A DNA stretch of 64,000 nt, taken from NCBI RefSeq assembly GCF_000315625.1, contig NW_005434629.1, positions 270,409 through 334,408 of the forward strand, read 5' to 3'. This DNA is from Guillardia theta CCMP2712 (lineage: Eukaryota; Protista; Cryptophyta). The translations under genes and the position numbers were made by a program. The notes beneath the pieces are model-generated. The model made no database searches and was not told where the DNA came from. It was given only the letters and a program-made list of their open reading frames with translations. This document shows positions 28,225 to 41,212 of the stretch, piece after piece (the stretch's first letter is position 1; each line of letters starts with the position of its first letter).

Positions 28225-28820
28225 TAGCGGCTTCGTTGCCGAGAGCCTGACCGTTGAAGCGAAGTTTCGTAGCCTAGTGACGGCGAGACTGAGAGAGTTT
28301 GAAATGAAGTCTGCCGCATGGGATGCTGCCGGCACTGACAGTGTTCAACTGCCATCCCAGCCTGCATGCTTACGGATCGGACGCTCTGTTGCCCCGTCCG
28401 ATCGCCCGTCCGAGTCCGGCCTGTCACCCGTCCAACTTGACTTGAAACTTGCCAGGCTCAGCGGAGGCTCGGGACTGGGACAAGTTGAACTGCGGAGGCT
28501 AGGGACGGGCGGCCCCGGGCACCGTCACTGATGCCTTAGTTATGACGATCAGCCCGGTGCCGCCCAGCGCGGCCCCGCCCGCACCCATCACGACTCATGG
28601 CCGGGCGGCCGGGGGCCGGGTCCCGGACTGGGGAGTGGCTCAGCGCGGGCCTCGTCTGAGCCAGTCACCGTGACGGTCCGGCGGGCCGATCATGCCGGCC
28701 CGACTCATCATTGCAGTGCGTTACTCCCGGCGGCCCGCCCCCCCCCCGGCCGAGCGGCAGCCCGGCACGTGACGCCGCGGGTCGGGCCACTGAGCGGCCT
28801 AGCGCTCAGCTGTCACGCTG
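28225..28820. other. GC-rich motif island
   Basis: Same vocabulary (AACTTGACTTGAAACTTG, CCGATC, GACTCA). Confidence 0.75.
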
Positions 28821-28919
28821 AATAACCACTCTTTGTAACGGTAACTGCATCTGCGGGCAGGAAGATACACCGGTTCGAGATTTAAATATGACTTTTGATG
28901 GCTCCTGTTGTAAAATACC

Positions 28920-29720
28920 TTCAAAGAGGCCTCAGCAGCCTTTAGGAGCCTGACGCCCCTTCTTTGTTCACCCCACCCCTTATCTTAGCTGTAATCTTCA
29001 GTGAATGGACCCCTCCTATCATGCCAATTGCACTTCGAACTGTTATGGCTTGGCGACGTTTTTGTACCCTACCCTACTGATTCAGATTCTTGATCCAGTC
29101 ATTTGGTGGGTAGTGTTAGACCCCCACGCCTCGTTGAGAGGACGCATCGGCTCGAAGCATTTAACAATGGTTATAATGTACAAATGAACCCACAGATGAT
29201 ATTTTTACAACAGCTTTGTACCTCACTAATCCAGTTTACGGTACTGATAAATACCAAGTTTATAGCTCAGTAGTGTTTGCAGTGTATATGGTGTACAAAT
29301 TTTCAACTAGATCAATTGTACAATACTGTACCAAAAACAAATCTTAAAATAAATTGGTACAAACATGCTTTTTGCCTAAACCCGATTGAAATGGTGGTTG
29401 AATAGGCCACCTCATGTTGAAGCAATGTTTAGGTACTGGTCAGTATACCTGAGCTATAGAACCTCACCATTTTGATAGCTCTAGCACTAGAAAATACTGA
29501 CATAGATTACACCTCCAGCATTTCACAGCACCCCTACAACCACTCAAATGAAACACCACCCCCAACACCTCTTGCTCCCCCGGTTGCGGGGTTAGTCCAC
29601 GTGATCTAAAACCATTTTAATATGTTCTAAACTGAAGAATCCCTTTTTATCTGTACCAGACAGCTGTGTAAAACTTGTTTTAGCAAAAACTTTGTACCAA
29701 ATAAAACATATTTAATCCTC
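28920..29720. other. ACCCC- and TTGGTAC/GTACCA-rich island
   Basis: Non-coding, with recurring ACCCC and TGTACC words. Confidence 0.55.
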
Positions 29721-30627
29721 GGGTTCTTTACAGCGCCAGGGAGATGGTCGCCAGAGGATTGGTCTGAACGCAGCAGCAGGGAGGAGGAGGAGTCAAGAAC
29801 ATCGAGTGAAGGCTTGCGAGATCTCTTCGAAGCTAAGAAAAGGATACAATCGTTTCATAGAGGACCACTATCTTGATCAAACATCTTGCAATCGTCGTTG
29901 CAACTCCTGGTCATTGCGAAGCAAGTTTCGAGACTTGATTCTTATTGTGTGATACTATATTTCATCTTATTCCCGACCTATCTCACCTGCGAAGCTTAAA
30001 ATCGATTTCTTGAAGGCCACGTTGTATTCCCAGAATTATTTACAGAAAGAATGTCACTCACTATTCATCGCTCGTCAGGAGCTCATGTAATGATTTTGCT
30101 TGTGCTGTCATTAGCAAGCTACGCATCCTGTTTCCAAGGAGAATTTACGCCATCACCGATGCCTTTGAAGACTGGCGTCAGTATTCCTCTCCGCCCGGGA
30201 TTGTCGGACGATTCATATGAAACTCACGTTGGACACCACCTGACTCCCTGCGCTAATTGTGGCAATGACTTCCATAGCACCAGAGCATGCCCGGACATTG
30301 TTCTTTTTCCAGTTGTCTTGAAGACGACTGTCAGTTTGCTGTTTCATCTATTGTCTCCTTTCCATAGCTAATTGCTCAATGAGCTCTGTTACAAAGATAC
30401 TGTTGTAATATATGTGATCAACCAAAATCATTCAATGCTAGTTCTTGTCCTTTTTATTTCTCGATCTCAACTTCTTTTCCCCGTGCGAGGAAGGATGTAG
30501 CTCTATCACCTCGTATATCATTTGGATGTTTGCCGTCAGCTCACGTTTGCGACATGGCGCAACAAACACAGGAGGACTGTAAAATACAAGCCTTGCAAGT
30601 GCCGGCCTTTTCCCCATGAGAATATTT

Positions 30628-32603
30628 TCAGTATTTGGTAGAAACAGCATGGGAGGGTCCATGCTCATCTCTTGCGCGTCCCCATCAGCTTCTTGAGCGA
30701 TTCATCATGTGGCTGCGAAATTCCAGTCATGGAGGATGTCAGAAGCAGGCAAGTTTGCTTCACCTGATATTCGTAGTCTTTCTCGTTGATAATCCTTCCA
30801 CTTCCTAAGGCTGTTTACACCGCAGTCAGCTCAAGTTTACATGTGCATCGAGTACAGGAACCTTGCAAGAGGGCATCACGAAACAATCTGATGAGAGCAG
30901 TCATCTTTCCAGAGTATTCTCAACAAGGCGATTCTACCTCCCAATGACTTCATAGGCATCGGAGTCTTGAGCATCCTTGGTCCAGACCGCCACCCTGTCA
31001 TGCTTCTGTCGCAACGAACAAACGGCTCCACAGATCTGTGCTGCGTCAGACAGATCGCAGCAGCAAGATGCCAACAATTCTCCACCTGGTCGGAGTCTGG
31101 ATAAGTTTCACCCACCAGAGACAGCATCGTGTAAAGCCACATATCATCAACCTATTCCGATACAATTCCATCATTCACTATTGCGAGACGCGCACACTGG
31201 CTGTTGTCTGAAGCAAGACATTCGTTTTACCGTCTTGGTTGATCTTCCGCCATTTCTTTTCTCATTGTAAGTCCATTTTCCACCCTAAGGACAATAGTTT
31301 CCAGAATGGACAACTCCATTACTTCTGCTTACCTTGGCGTTGTGAGCATCTTCCCACATAGGCATGATCCCTTCACGGAAGAGATGGTAGTTACACCCAA
31401 CAGGAAGTTTGCTTGGTGGAGGAATGTTGTTGATCGTTCCCTGCGGTAGTAAGTTCTCAACTGGGACATCTCATTGTCGTTTTTCTTCTCACCCAGAAGT
31501 CTTCAATCGTATCAAACTCACTCACTCGTTTCATGTTCTTCGTCAAAGTCAGAATGCGACACGCGACAAGGAATATTGATTGCCTTGGCCCAGTCATTTG
31601 CTCCACTCCTTCTGCCACTTTGTAGTGCACCATCAAACCACAAAATCCATCTAGTATGAGGTCATTCTTGGCTAATCAAACGTAAGACACAAAGAGAGTG
31701 GGGAAAACAAATCAAAGGATTCCAGCAAGCACATCAGACGTCATTTTCGAAACGAAAGTACTTGTGATGCAGATAATGTGGTCCTTCGTCAAGAAGCTTT
31801 TGAGATTCCTGCATATTTGTGTTACCACTCCAGTCCCACGAAATTCACAGTCAAATGAACGCAATCAAACTTAGAAGCAGCGTACAAAGGAGAAGTTAGT
31901 GAGAACTCAGGTGGCAAGGTAAGGTTCAAACATCAAGAAATGTTCAAACATCAAGAAATGTTCAAACATAAATCAAACAGTGAGCAACTTGCCTGATTCA
32001 CTTCCTCTTCTGGAACCTCGCCCTCTTCCTGCGGCCAAGGGACTCAGCGTTAGCGTCAACAAGTCCCATTTCGTCATTAAAAATTATGAGTAAGATTTGC
32101 CTTTGGCATCGGCTGAAAAATCGTTCAATCCCTCCCCTACTTCTCATTTCTGTCTTCTGATCTGTAACCTCTCACAAAAAGTCCATGATGGAGCAAGTTC
32201 ATATCTATGTGTATCCACTCTGTTACCTCTCATGCCACAAACTGTGTCGAACGGGATCCAGCCATTCAAGCCGAGATTGTGAAAATTCGTGAATTGCTCT
32301 GTGTAATCTTGGTGGTGCATAGTCACATTCAATACCTCATCTAACCATTTTCCATATTCTCCCTCTTGTCTTCATCAGTTCTGATGAATGCATTGAAATG
32401 ATTCCCAAGTGGCTACTCGAAGCACGGGTTCCTTGTAGCTACTTCATGCCTTGTTTGCAGCCACAGGTCCATTGCAAGCTCAAAATGTTGACCATGACTA
32501 CATGCCCATATCTTCAAATTCATCTCATTCACTCCTCCTCTCCTCGCATCTCCTCCTTCTCCTCCCCATCAGATTTTACCGGAGCTTCCTTCGTATCCGC
32601 CAT
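30628..32603 (-). CDS. EIF4E: Translation initiation factor eIF4E with N-terminal extension, multi-exon
   Basis: Spliced HYLHHKWILWFD, DWAK, FDTIEDFW, NYHLFREGIMPMWED, GGKW, MWLYTMLSLVGE, ICGAVCSLRQKHDRVAVWT, YQPH. The 5' exons are less certain. Confidence 0.9.
31924..31969. repeat. 18-bp tandem repeat (2.5 copies) in an eIF4E intron
   Basis: GTTCAAACATCAAGAAAT twice plus a partial copy. Confidence 0.85.
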
Positions 32604-32779
32604 GGCGCGTGCACTCTTACCACCCCCGGTTCCTCTGTATTTCGAAGGGTGGGGTGTGCCCATGACCAGGGAACAGGGAAGCAAAGCAGTGCTCACTTTG
32701 ATATTAGTCTCTCACTTATACAATATCCTACCTTTACCCCCTAGGGTATGACCTTCTCCCAGTTCCTGGCCCTCCATGG

Positions 32780-33580
32780 CCATCACGGGATGGGCCCGGT
32801 TCACGGGCCTCCGAAAACTCCGAGCCTTCAAGTTCGGAACCCGGCGGTCACCAGTGACGCCGCCGGCCCGGCCCCCGGGCGGCCGGCCCGGCCCCGCGGC
32901 AGCCGCTCCGTGCCACGGTGTGCCACGGCGGCGGCCCGGCTGGCCACGGCCGGGCCGGGCGGCCAATCAGTCTGCTGAGTCTGCGCCGACCGTTACCGTC
33001 CGTCGGAAAGTTTAACTTACTAGCCGGGCTAATGAAGTATAGCGGCTGAGCCTCCGGGGGCGCCCCCGGGGCGCGGCCGGGCCGCCTGCGCCAGTGCCAT
33101 TGTGCGGGGCCCAGCCTGGCATTGAACTCACTTGGTGACACGGTCACCGGGGACCGTACTACCGTATGATCAACCGTTTGGAACGGTAACCGGACTCAGT
33201 CTGCTGGTACGGTCGCCCGGGCCGGGACGCCAGCGGCTGAGCAGATCGGACTCCTCACCCGGCCCCGCGGCGAGCCTGTCGGCCCCGCGGCCCGGCCCCG
33301 GCTCCGGCCGGGCAGCCTCGCCTGGCAGCCTTCTGGCCTGCGGGGCCGGGTCGGGCTGAGGCTCGCACAGCGGCCGCCCGGCCTGGGCGCGGCCTGCCCG
33401 GGCTGGCTGCGCAGTCACGCGGCGGCTGTGCGGTTATTCGGGCCCGGCGTGTCCGATACGGTCCGATCGGAGCCTCCGCCCGAACTTACTAGCCTCCGGG
33501 CGGGAGTCACGCCGGGTGACGAGTCTTGACCCGGTCACGCCCCGGCGGCGTTCTCAGTAGTGTTTCGAGGCTCAGGCCCG
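32780..33580. other. GC-rich motif island in a divergent intergenic region
   Basis: Same vocabulary; lies between eIF4E (-) and the next + gene. Confidence 0.75.
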
Positions 33581-33983
33581 GAGATGCGACTAACGGGATG
33601 GGGGTACGACCGGAAAGGGACAGGGGGCAAGGAGAGGGAGAGGGAGAGGGAGAGGGAGAGGGAGAGGGATCAAGGTTGCAGGAGAGAGGTATCAAGTATG
33701 AACCAACACGTGAGCGATATGGGGTCAATGTCTACATGGATCATGGCCTGACTCCTCTCCTCTCCTCTCAGCTTCCAGCTTCCCTTCCTCGCTCCAGCTC
33801 GACAGTTAGGAGCAGACGCAGGCCGATGTCGAGGGGTGAAGTCCCAGAGGATGCTGGGGGGGCGTGCTCGGCTCGTAGCTGATGCTGCAACCTGCCTGTG
33901 CTAGGATGGTATGGCTGCTGCTGTCATGATGCGAAGCATAAGTTCGTTGTCAGGCCTCGTTCCGACTTGCTGCAGCCCCAGCG

Positions 33984-35943
33984 ATGGAGGGCGACATGCG
34001 AGCGGTTGGAATCAAGTCGATGCTGATCCATGTTAGCTGACCTCCCTCCCTCGCTCGCTCGCTCCCTCCCTCCCTCCCTCCCTCCTTTCCTCCTCCCCTC
34101 CTTCCCACCCTTCCCTCTCCTTCACCTGTCGCTCTTCCCTGTCTTCCCCCCCTCTCTCTCCCCTCCCCCCCTCGTCTTTGTTGTTCTCTCCGAGCAGGTC
34201 TTGCAGCTTCGTCGTTGCTGCTTGTCGGAGGGGGTGGTCGAGGGACTCTTAGCGAGCAGACCGAATGTGTCGGCGAGGACGGAGGAGTCAATGAGGCTGG
34301 TCTACATGAGCATCAGCTACCAGCTTCTGGTATCGTTGCCTCCCACCACTGCCACCACCAGCAGCATGAGTTGCTCTACAGGGAGTGCTCGCCCACCGTG
34401 TGCAGCAGATTGCGTGGACAGGTGGTGGTGGTGGTGGTGGTGGTGGTGGTGGTAGAGGAGGAGGAAGAGGAGGAGGAGGGGCTGGTGGTAGAGGAGGAGG
34501 AGGAGGAGAAGTGAGAGGAGGAGGAGGAGGTGGTGGTGGTGGTGGTGGAGGAGGAGGAGGAGGAGGAGGAGGAGAAGTGAGAGGAGGAGGAGAAGGTGGT
34601 GGTGGTGGTGGTGGAGGAGGAGGAGGAGGAGGAGAAGTGAGAGGAGGAGGAGGAGGAGGAGGGTGACATTGTGCACTGCAGGGAACTGGTCGATGGAGGA
34701 GAGGCTGGAGGATTTCGTAAGAGGGGTGAGAGAAGAGGAAATCTCGGTGATATGCATGCCAGGAAGAAAACTACGAGCATGACGCCAAGACTCGCTGGAC
34801 CAGGGCAACAAGTCAGTTCCCTTGGACTGCCATTGAGCACCTTGACGATGGCGATGGCGCACGCCAGGACTTGGAGTTGTAAGGTGGAGTTTGCTCAACA
34901 TCTTGACGAGATTCGTCCAAAGAGCATCTCTCGTCCGAGAAACTCTGATCTCCTGGATCGGTAGGGGACTGTTGAAGTGTTGAATGCTCTATCTTACTTT
35001 AACCTGTTCCGCATCCAGTCAAGTTTCCCGGATTGAAGCGAGTCGGGAGCAGCAACAAGTACCTCGGGGTAGAACAAGCTTGCACACGGAAAGAGAGCTG
35101 GCTCGGTGGCTGCTTGAAGTCGCTGAGAGAGGAGGAGGTTTAAGAGGACGTTTCACACCTCACAAGATGACAAGGCTCAGGTCGTGAAGCTGATGAATCG
35201 ACTCGGAGACGATGGTGTCTTGTCCGCCCTCGGTGACTCCATATCACCTCTCTTCCCTCTCTCCCTTCCTTCCCTTCCATCCCTTCCCTCCCTGTCTCCC
35301 CCACCTGCTCCTTCTTCTCCCTTCCCCTCTTCCACTCTCCCTCCCTCCGTCCCTCCCTCGCCCCCTTTCTCCCCTTGTTCCGCCTTTTCCCCCAATCTTT
35401 GCCCTCGTACTCTTGACCTTCTCCTGCCCTCTGCGTCCTGTTTCCACTGCCTCCATTCTTGTCTTCTCGATGCCTCACTGTTCTCTACTTCTCTCACGTT
35501 TCTCCTCCAGGGATGAGCAAAACAATTGGAAGCGTGATGAAAACTCCTCCGTATGTTGGTGATCTGATACATTCCTTCAACAAGCCGCATGTTAGCGACA
35601 TGGTGAGGCAGACTGAGCTTGTGATGCTGCTGCAGGAGAAGGACGGGAGGAAGATGACGCTGACGGTAATTGCGAAGGGATTGGAGTCCTGCGAGGAGAG
35701 ATGAGACAGGAGAGAGGGAGGGAGGGAGGGAGGGAGGGAGGGAAGGAGGGGGGGAGGGAGGGAGAGGGGGCAGGAGGGAGAGGGGGGAGGGAGGGAGGGA
35801 GGGAGGGAGGGAGGGAGGGAGGGAGGGAGGGAGGGAGGGAGGGAGGGAGGGAGGGAGGGAGGATGCGATTCATTTTGAGTACAAGGTTGGAGCAAAAGCG
35901 CTAGCAAAACATGCAGTGAGATCATCAGACGGGTAACTCAGCA

Positions 35944-35981
<38 letters not shown>

Positions 35982-37127
35982 ATCTTCTGTCATATGCCTC
36001 GTTTTTCTTTCCATCCAGTCTTCATCATCACTTGCACATTCAACTTCTATCTGCGACATCTGCTCGACTAGCTTGACAGTTTCCTTGTAGGTGGTGGGGT
36101 CAGATCATTGGGAATGACGCGAGCAAGAACCGTCAGGCTGAGCAGGTTGAGAGCTTTGTCTGCTTGCCGCCGCCGCCGCCACTGCTGCTGCTACAGCCGC
36201 CACTGCTGCCACTGCTGCTGCTACCGCCGCCACTGCTACTGCTACTGCTACTGCTGCTGTCGCTGCCGCTGCTGCTGATGCACTTCTGGCCCTGGGTCAA
36301 GTGCTTTTCCTTTGCTGACTTGATATGCTTCGCATTTGTCTCACTCTGCCTTCCCCCCCCTTTCCTCCCCTGCAGAAACTTGAGCAGATCTTGAAAGATG
36401 CCGTATGGGCTAATACTCACCTGCTGCCCAATGACATCGAGGTTTCCCCCTTCTCTCTCCTCCTCCCTCAAACTTCTTGTCATCCCCCCCCCCTTTGCAC
36501 TTCTTCCCTCCTACCTGCTACTCTCTCCTCTTCTCTCTCCTTCTTCCTCCGCTCCTTCTCCCCCCTCGCTCCACTCTACCTCTCCTTTCCTAGCTCACCT
36601 GCTGCTTCTATGATATCCATCTGCTTGCTCCTTATCTCTCTCTCTCTCTCTCTCTCTCCTCCTCCTCCTCCTCCTCCTGTCTTGCTTTCTCTCTCTTCCC
36701 CCATACTCAGTCTCTCCAGATCTTCGAGCTCCGGGTACGCGAGGGCTTCGGAGCCCGATGGTCTGCGGACGGGAAGGAATTTCGAGGATTCCTGGAGCCT
36801 CTGATGGAGGACGGGCATGAGAAGGTGGAGGAGGCCAGGAGGGTGGGAAGGAAAGAGTCGAGTAGAGGAGGAAGAGGGAGTGAAAGTTGAGGCGGGGAAG
36901 ACAAAGGAAGGGGGAAAGGGAGGGATGAAGGGAGTGTACGAAATTGGAGGCAAATCGAAGGAGAAGGAGATGGGAGGTGGAAGAGGAGTGGGAGTGGGAG
37001 TGGGAGTGAGAGTGGGAGTGAGAGTGGGAGTGGGAGTGGAAGGAGGAGGAGGAGGAGGAGGAGGAGGAGGAGAAGGGGAATTGAGTCAGCATTCTGAATG
37101 TCACACTGGAAGGGTTGGAGGCATTAA
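33984..37127 (+). CDS. Conserved uncharacterised protein with C-terminal GAKALAKH...GARW...FRGFLEP domain
   Basis: Canonical splicing of short exons separated by microsatellite introns yields LTVGAKALAKHAVRSSDGWWGQIIGNDASKNRQAEQKLEQILKDAVWANTHLLPNDIEIFELRVREGFGARWSADGKEFRGFLEPLMEDGHEKGWRH*. The start and 5' exons are uncertain. Confidence 0.72.
34421..34662. repeat. Compound (GGT)n(GGA)n-GAAGTGAGA higher-order intronic repeat, 3 units
   Basis: Read directly. Confidence 0.85.
35715..35861. repeat. (GGGA)n intronic microsatellite
   Basis: Read directly. Confidence 0.9.
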
Positions 37128-38056
37128 CCCAAGGGCTCCCGATTTCCGTCCATCATTCTCACAAAGATGCATTTCGATGTCTCCTCCTCCTCCTCCCCCT
37201 CCCCCCCCCTCCTCCCCCCCCTTCCTCTCCTCTTCCTCATGCCCCTGCTCTACTCACATCCATGGAAAACCTTTGTGTTGGTTCCTTGAGCTCATGCGAT
37301 AGGTGGTCCTTCTCATGTTCATATTCCCATTAAAGAATACCGCGTTCAAACAAGAAAAGAAACTCAACTTGCTATCAAACTCTCTGATCTGCTCTGTGAA
37401 AAATCCCGTCTTATGCTCTGTTTCCTCTCAAGTCGAACCCGAACAGATGGTGTCTTGTTGGCAAAATTTCCCCCCCTCCCTACCATCCTCCATGTTGACT
37501 CGTTGGAGTTGGGTTGGGCGCAGCAGAAAAAGTGGAGGAGGCAGAGCAGGAGCGGTAGGAGCACAGCAGAATATTGGGTACAGCAAGGTTAACGATGGGA
37601 TGGGAGGGAGAAGAGTGATGGAGAGGTAGGGGAGGAGAGGACGATGGAATAATTCTTGCTTGCTGTTGTGTCAGTTTGTTTGTTTCCGGACAGTCCGAGA
37701 CATCAGCTTCGTAACTTCTCGAGAAGGTAGAACTGTGAGATGCAATGTCAGCCCAGTCAAAGACAAGAGCTCGGAAATTTCAAGGCTTTCAACTCGTTGC
37801 CAACATGCGTTCGTGTCGGGAACGGGGAGGGAGGAAAGAGTATCGAGTAGCAACAAAACAGAGCTTGACGAGCGAGCAGTTTGGAGATTGATAGCGAGCG
37901 AGTGCAACGGAGGTATCAAGGGTGGAGAAGATCAGCAAGAACACACGTATGAGCAGCGAGGGACGTGGAGGAGGAAAGGGCAAGAAAATGTACAAGAGGA
38001 GAAGAGGAGAGAGGAGACCCACACAGAGATCAAAATGACAGAAGGAGAGGAGGGAA

Positions 38057-39139
38057 TTAAAGACGGAGGAAGGATTGGTGCAGAAGAGGGGAGTGGCGGT
38101 TGGGACAGACAGTCAGAAATAGGAAGATGAAAGCGGGAGGGAGCAGACAACGGCACTGCAACATACCATGAATCGCGCGGTTGTTTCGATCTCCAATCAG
38201 CAAGTTGCCAGCCCCATCGGCAGCAAGACAGGAAGGAGATGCAGCGAGAAGGGAGGGGGTTCCCTCCAGGTCTATCGATCCCACCAGCCGGAGTGTGGAG
38301 GCAAACGTAACAATCCTCCTTCTCCTCCTCTCCACGACGACGATCCTGTTGCTTCCATCCACTGCTATCCCCTCGGCTTCTACTCGCTCCCCTCCCGCAC
38401 ACAAGGACTCGACCACCTGGCCGTACTTGCTCAGCACCAGGAGCGGCTCCTCCCCTCTATGGGCCACTAAGATGTTCCCTTCCTCCGTGATAGCAACAAG
38501 ATAAGGAAAGCGAAGGCCGAGGTGGAAGGAGGAGAAAACTCGCATGACGCGCTGCTCCCTGTCGAACAGAACCACTCGGTGCTTGTCGAACTCGCCAAGC
38601 ACAAAGTTGTCCTCCACATCCACAGCGAAGCTGGAGCAGCGGACGTTGGTCTCTTCCCCAGGGACTCTGAACGTGAACCGCTCCATCGGGAAGCCGCCGC
38701 GATGAAACATAACGATGTTCTTATTATTCGAGACCAGGATCTCTCCTCCCTCCCTCATCCCAATGCAGCCGACCTGGCTCAGCTCCCCGTACCCGAACTC
38801 CCTCACCAGCCTCCCCGTCCTCCGGTCAAAAACCTTTACCGACGGCCTTGCGCCATCCAAGACGAAGACCCCATCGCCATGGTTGTCCACCACCACAGAC
38901 AGCGGCAACAACAGCCCGTTCCACGCGTCCATCCTCGTATGCTGGTCAAGGAAGCAGAGCTCTCCTACCTTCTTCCTGCTCACAGCACAGCTCGACGCCG
39001 CATCGCATACAGCACGGAGGATAGCGTCGAAGGAGGGATGCATACCCTGAGCTTGAAGCGGCGAGGACGACCCCAGCCGCTCATGCGCCATCATGGCCAC
39101 GGCAACCTCATGGTCTGGATGGAGCCCTCTGACCGACAT
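38057..39139 (-). CDS. NHL-repeat / six-bladed beta-propeller protein (main exon; true ends uncertain)
   Basis: Repeated motifs FAVDVEDNFVL, PYLVAITEEGNILVA, GIAVDGSNRIVV, LAADGAGNLLIGDRNNRAI. Confidence 0.8.
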   Translation of the reverse strand: MSVRGLHPDHEVAVAMMAHERLGSSSPLQAQGMHPSFDAILRAVCDAASSCAVSRKKVGELCFLDQHTRMDAWNGLLLPLSVVVDNHGDGVFVLDGARPSVKVFDRRTGRLVREFGYGELSQVGCIGMREGGEILVSNNKNIVMFHRGGFPMERFTFRVPGEETNVRCSSFAVDVEDNFVLGEFDKHRVVLFDREQRVMRVFSSFHLGLRFPYLVAITEEGNILVAHRGEEPLLVLSKYGQVVESLCAGGERVEAEGIAVDGSNRIVVVERRRRRIVTFASTLRLVGSIDLEGTPSLLAASPSCLAADGAGNLLIGDRNNRAIHGMLQCRCLLPPAFIFLFLTVCPNRHSPLLHQSFLRL

Positions 39140-39589
39140 TGAAGCACGACCAGTACCCTCCTCTCACCGAAGACTGCATTGATTCGCTGTAGGGCGTATC
39201 CCGCCGCCGAAGCAGCAGGCAATTCCGAACAAGGTGATCATGATCATGATTCAGCAGAGAGACGCCTTCTTCTTGGATGTGAGCTACTACTGTCTCTGGT
39301 TCCCCTCGCATACAGCACCTCCTCCTCTTCCCCACTTCACTCGCACATTTCTTGCTGCCATCCCCGTATGAGGGCTTGTTCCCAGTTGTTCCCCCGAGCC
39401 CCGGTGCCCGGGTCTGCCTCGGAATGCACACCGACCCAGTTGAACAGGGGCAGCAATGTTTTCTCTGATGGATATTTTGATGCCTTTTGTTATGGTTGGG
39501 TCCGTGACCCTGGAGGTAATATATGTGAAAAGACATTTTATCAAGAACGTACTGTCATCCACCTGTGTATCTCGCAATCCTTGCGCTGT

Positions 39590-40690
39590 AAAACGATGTA
39601 ATCAACGGACTCAGTCCTAAAAGTAGATCTCTTGGAGCTGGCCCTCTAAAGATACAGTAAACCGCTAAAAAACATTTCAAAGGGGTTAAAACACTTGTAG
39701 TTACTAAAAGCAATTTAAAACTCAGTTTTTGCAGGGTTTGCTCCTCCTGTTCCCCAACCAACCACCCCACCCCACCCCACTCCAACACAGGTATCGTCGA
39801 AACGATGGTGGACCCTCACAACCCCGATAAATCCCCTGTATCATTGTGATGCTTGCGGGGGTGGTGGTTTTTGCCTTCTTGTTGAGTAAACTACCGTGAC
39901 GAACTAGTCGGGATATACCCCCCCCCCCACAGATATAATCCATTTTTTAATCCCGATACAAACACTATCATTGGTTCCAAAATACCTCGGAACATTTCAA
40001 TTTCTCTGATTGATTTGTCAAGACTCCACTCAAAAATCAACAAATACATTTTGACTCGTACATATTGTTTTATCCATACTACCCACCGGGATAATATCAG
40101 CGTCCCTTCGGCTGACTTCTTGTTTGCCTGTCTGATACCTCCACCTCTTCCAACGATTAAGAAGATGAATAAGTGATTATCCCTATCCTTCTTACCTCCT
40201 CCTCCCACAGCCGACAATCATTTCCTTGCTCTATCCACCCCTGCCACTTTAATTCCACTTGGCAGTATTCCTCCTAGAGACCATATTCGCGTCATAACAC
40301 CCTCCTAGGGTATGCTGACATAACCCCCACCCCCCACTTCCGTATAAGGTCTCTCTGTGTCTATATCCATTTATATTTACTTTTAGACAGTATAGAACTT
40401 TTTAAATCGCGGTTATTCGCTCCAGCCACCCACTCTTGTTTCAGAGACCAACCCTTTTTCGAAACTACCTCGAGGACCCCCTGAAGTCGGTACCCCTTGC
40501 GCTTCTCAGGAAACCCTTGGGATGACTACCTGCTTCATCAGGGTAAAAAGTACCGGTGATATTACTCTATATTGGACATTGACCCTACATTTCATAACCC
40601 CACCCCTCCAACGGTCCCAACTCTAGATTATCTGCAGACTCCACCCACCCTTTTTCCTAAGACTACCTTCTCGGGGTAGACAGAGGGTGG
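39590..40690. other. ACCCC-rich island between divergent NHL and RWP-RK genes
   Basis: Dense ACCCC/TACCC words, non-coding. Confidence 0.55.
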
Positions 40691-41212
40691 GGTGGTCTGC
40701 CTCTCTCGTCCTCCTGCTTCCCTCCCCTTATCGCTCCTTGTTTTCGCCTCTTCCCCTCCTCTTCTCGTCCTCGCGGTCCCTTGAAACCCCAACACCTCCT
40801 CATCTTTCTTGTATTCGACCCCTCTTCCTTCATTCTCCGGAATTTTTTCGCGCGCGCAAGCTGGTAAGAGAGTGATATGATGGTTTGAGGAGGCAACGGT
40901 GATTCAATCGTGTTTGTGTCTGCTTCCTCGAAGCAATCTTGTGCTCTTCCTGTTGCAATGGCCTTGCGCATTCGTTGAAAATCACCGCCTTTTGTGCTTC
41001 CCCTTGATTCTTCCTCTTTGGAACGCCTCAGTGTCTGTGTTGACCTTGGCCTCCTCTCGGCATCCATATTTTGCGCTGCAACTTTGTAGACTTGGATCCT
41101 GAGTACCTGTAAAACAGGCTTCTGCGTCACAATTCGAGGCATCATTACCTATACCACAGCTGTCTGCTGCTGATTGACCCTACTGTACAATTTCTTTACC
41201 CTTACTGCTGAA

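Noticed and set aside
30051-30371. 106-aa ORF with signal-like segment and CxxCxxxxHxxxxC
   Set aside because: A zinc-knuckle-like spacing is present, but there is no supporting exon structure or context, so it is too weak to call.
34317-37333. Many ORFs encoding poly-G/S/L/H/P or GREG repeats
   Set aside because: They are translations of intronic microsatellites.
38522-39142. Long antisense ORFs (also 13769-14281, 56881-57462, 60922-61389)
   Set aside because: Shadows of GC3-rich genes on the opposite strand.
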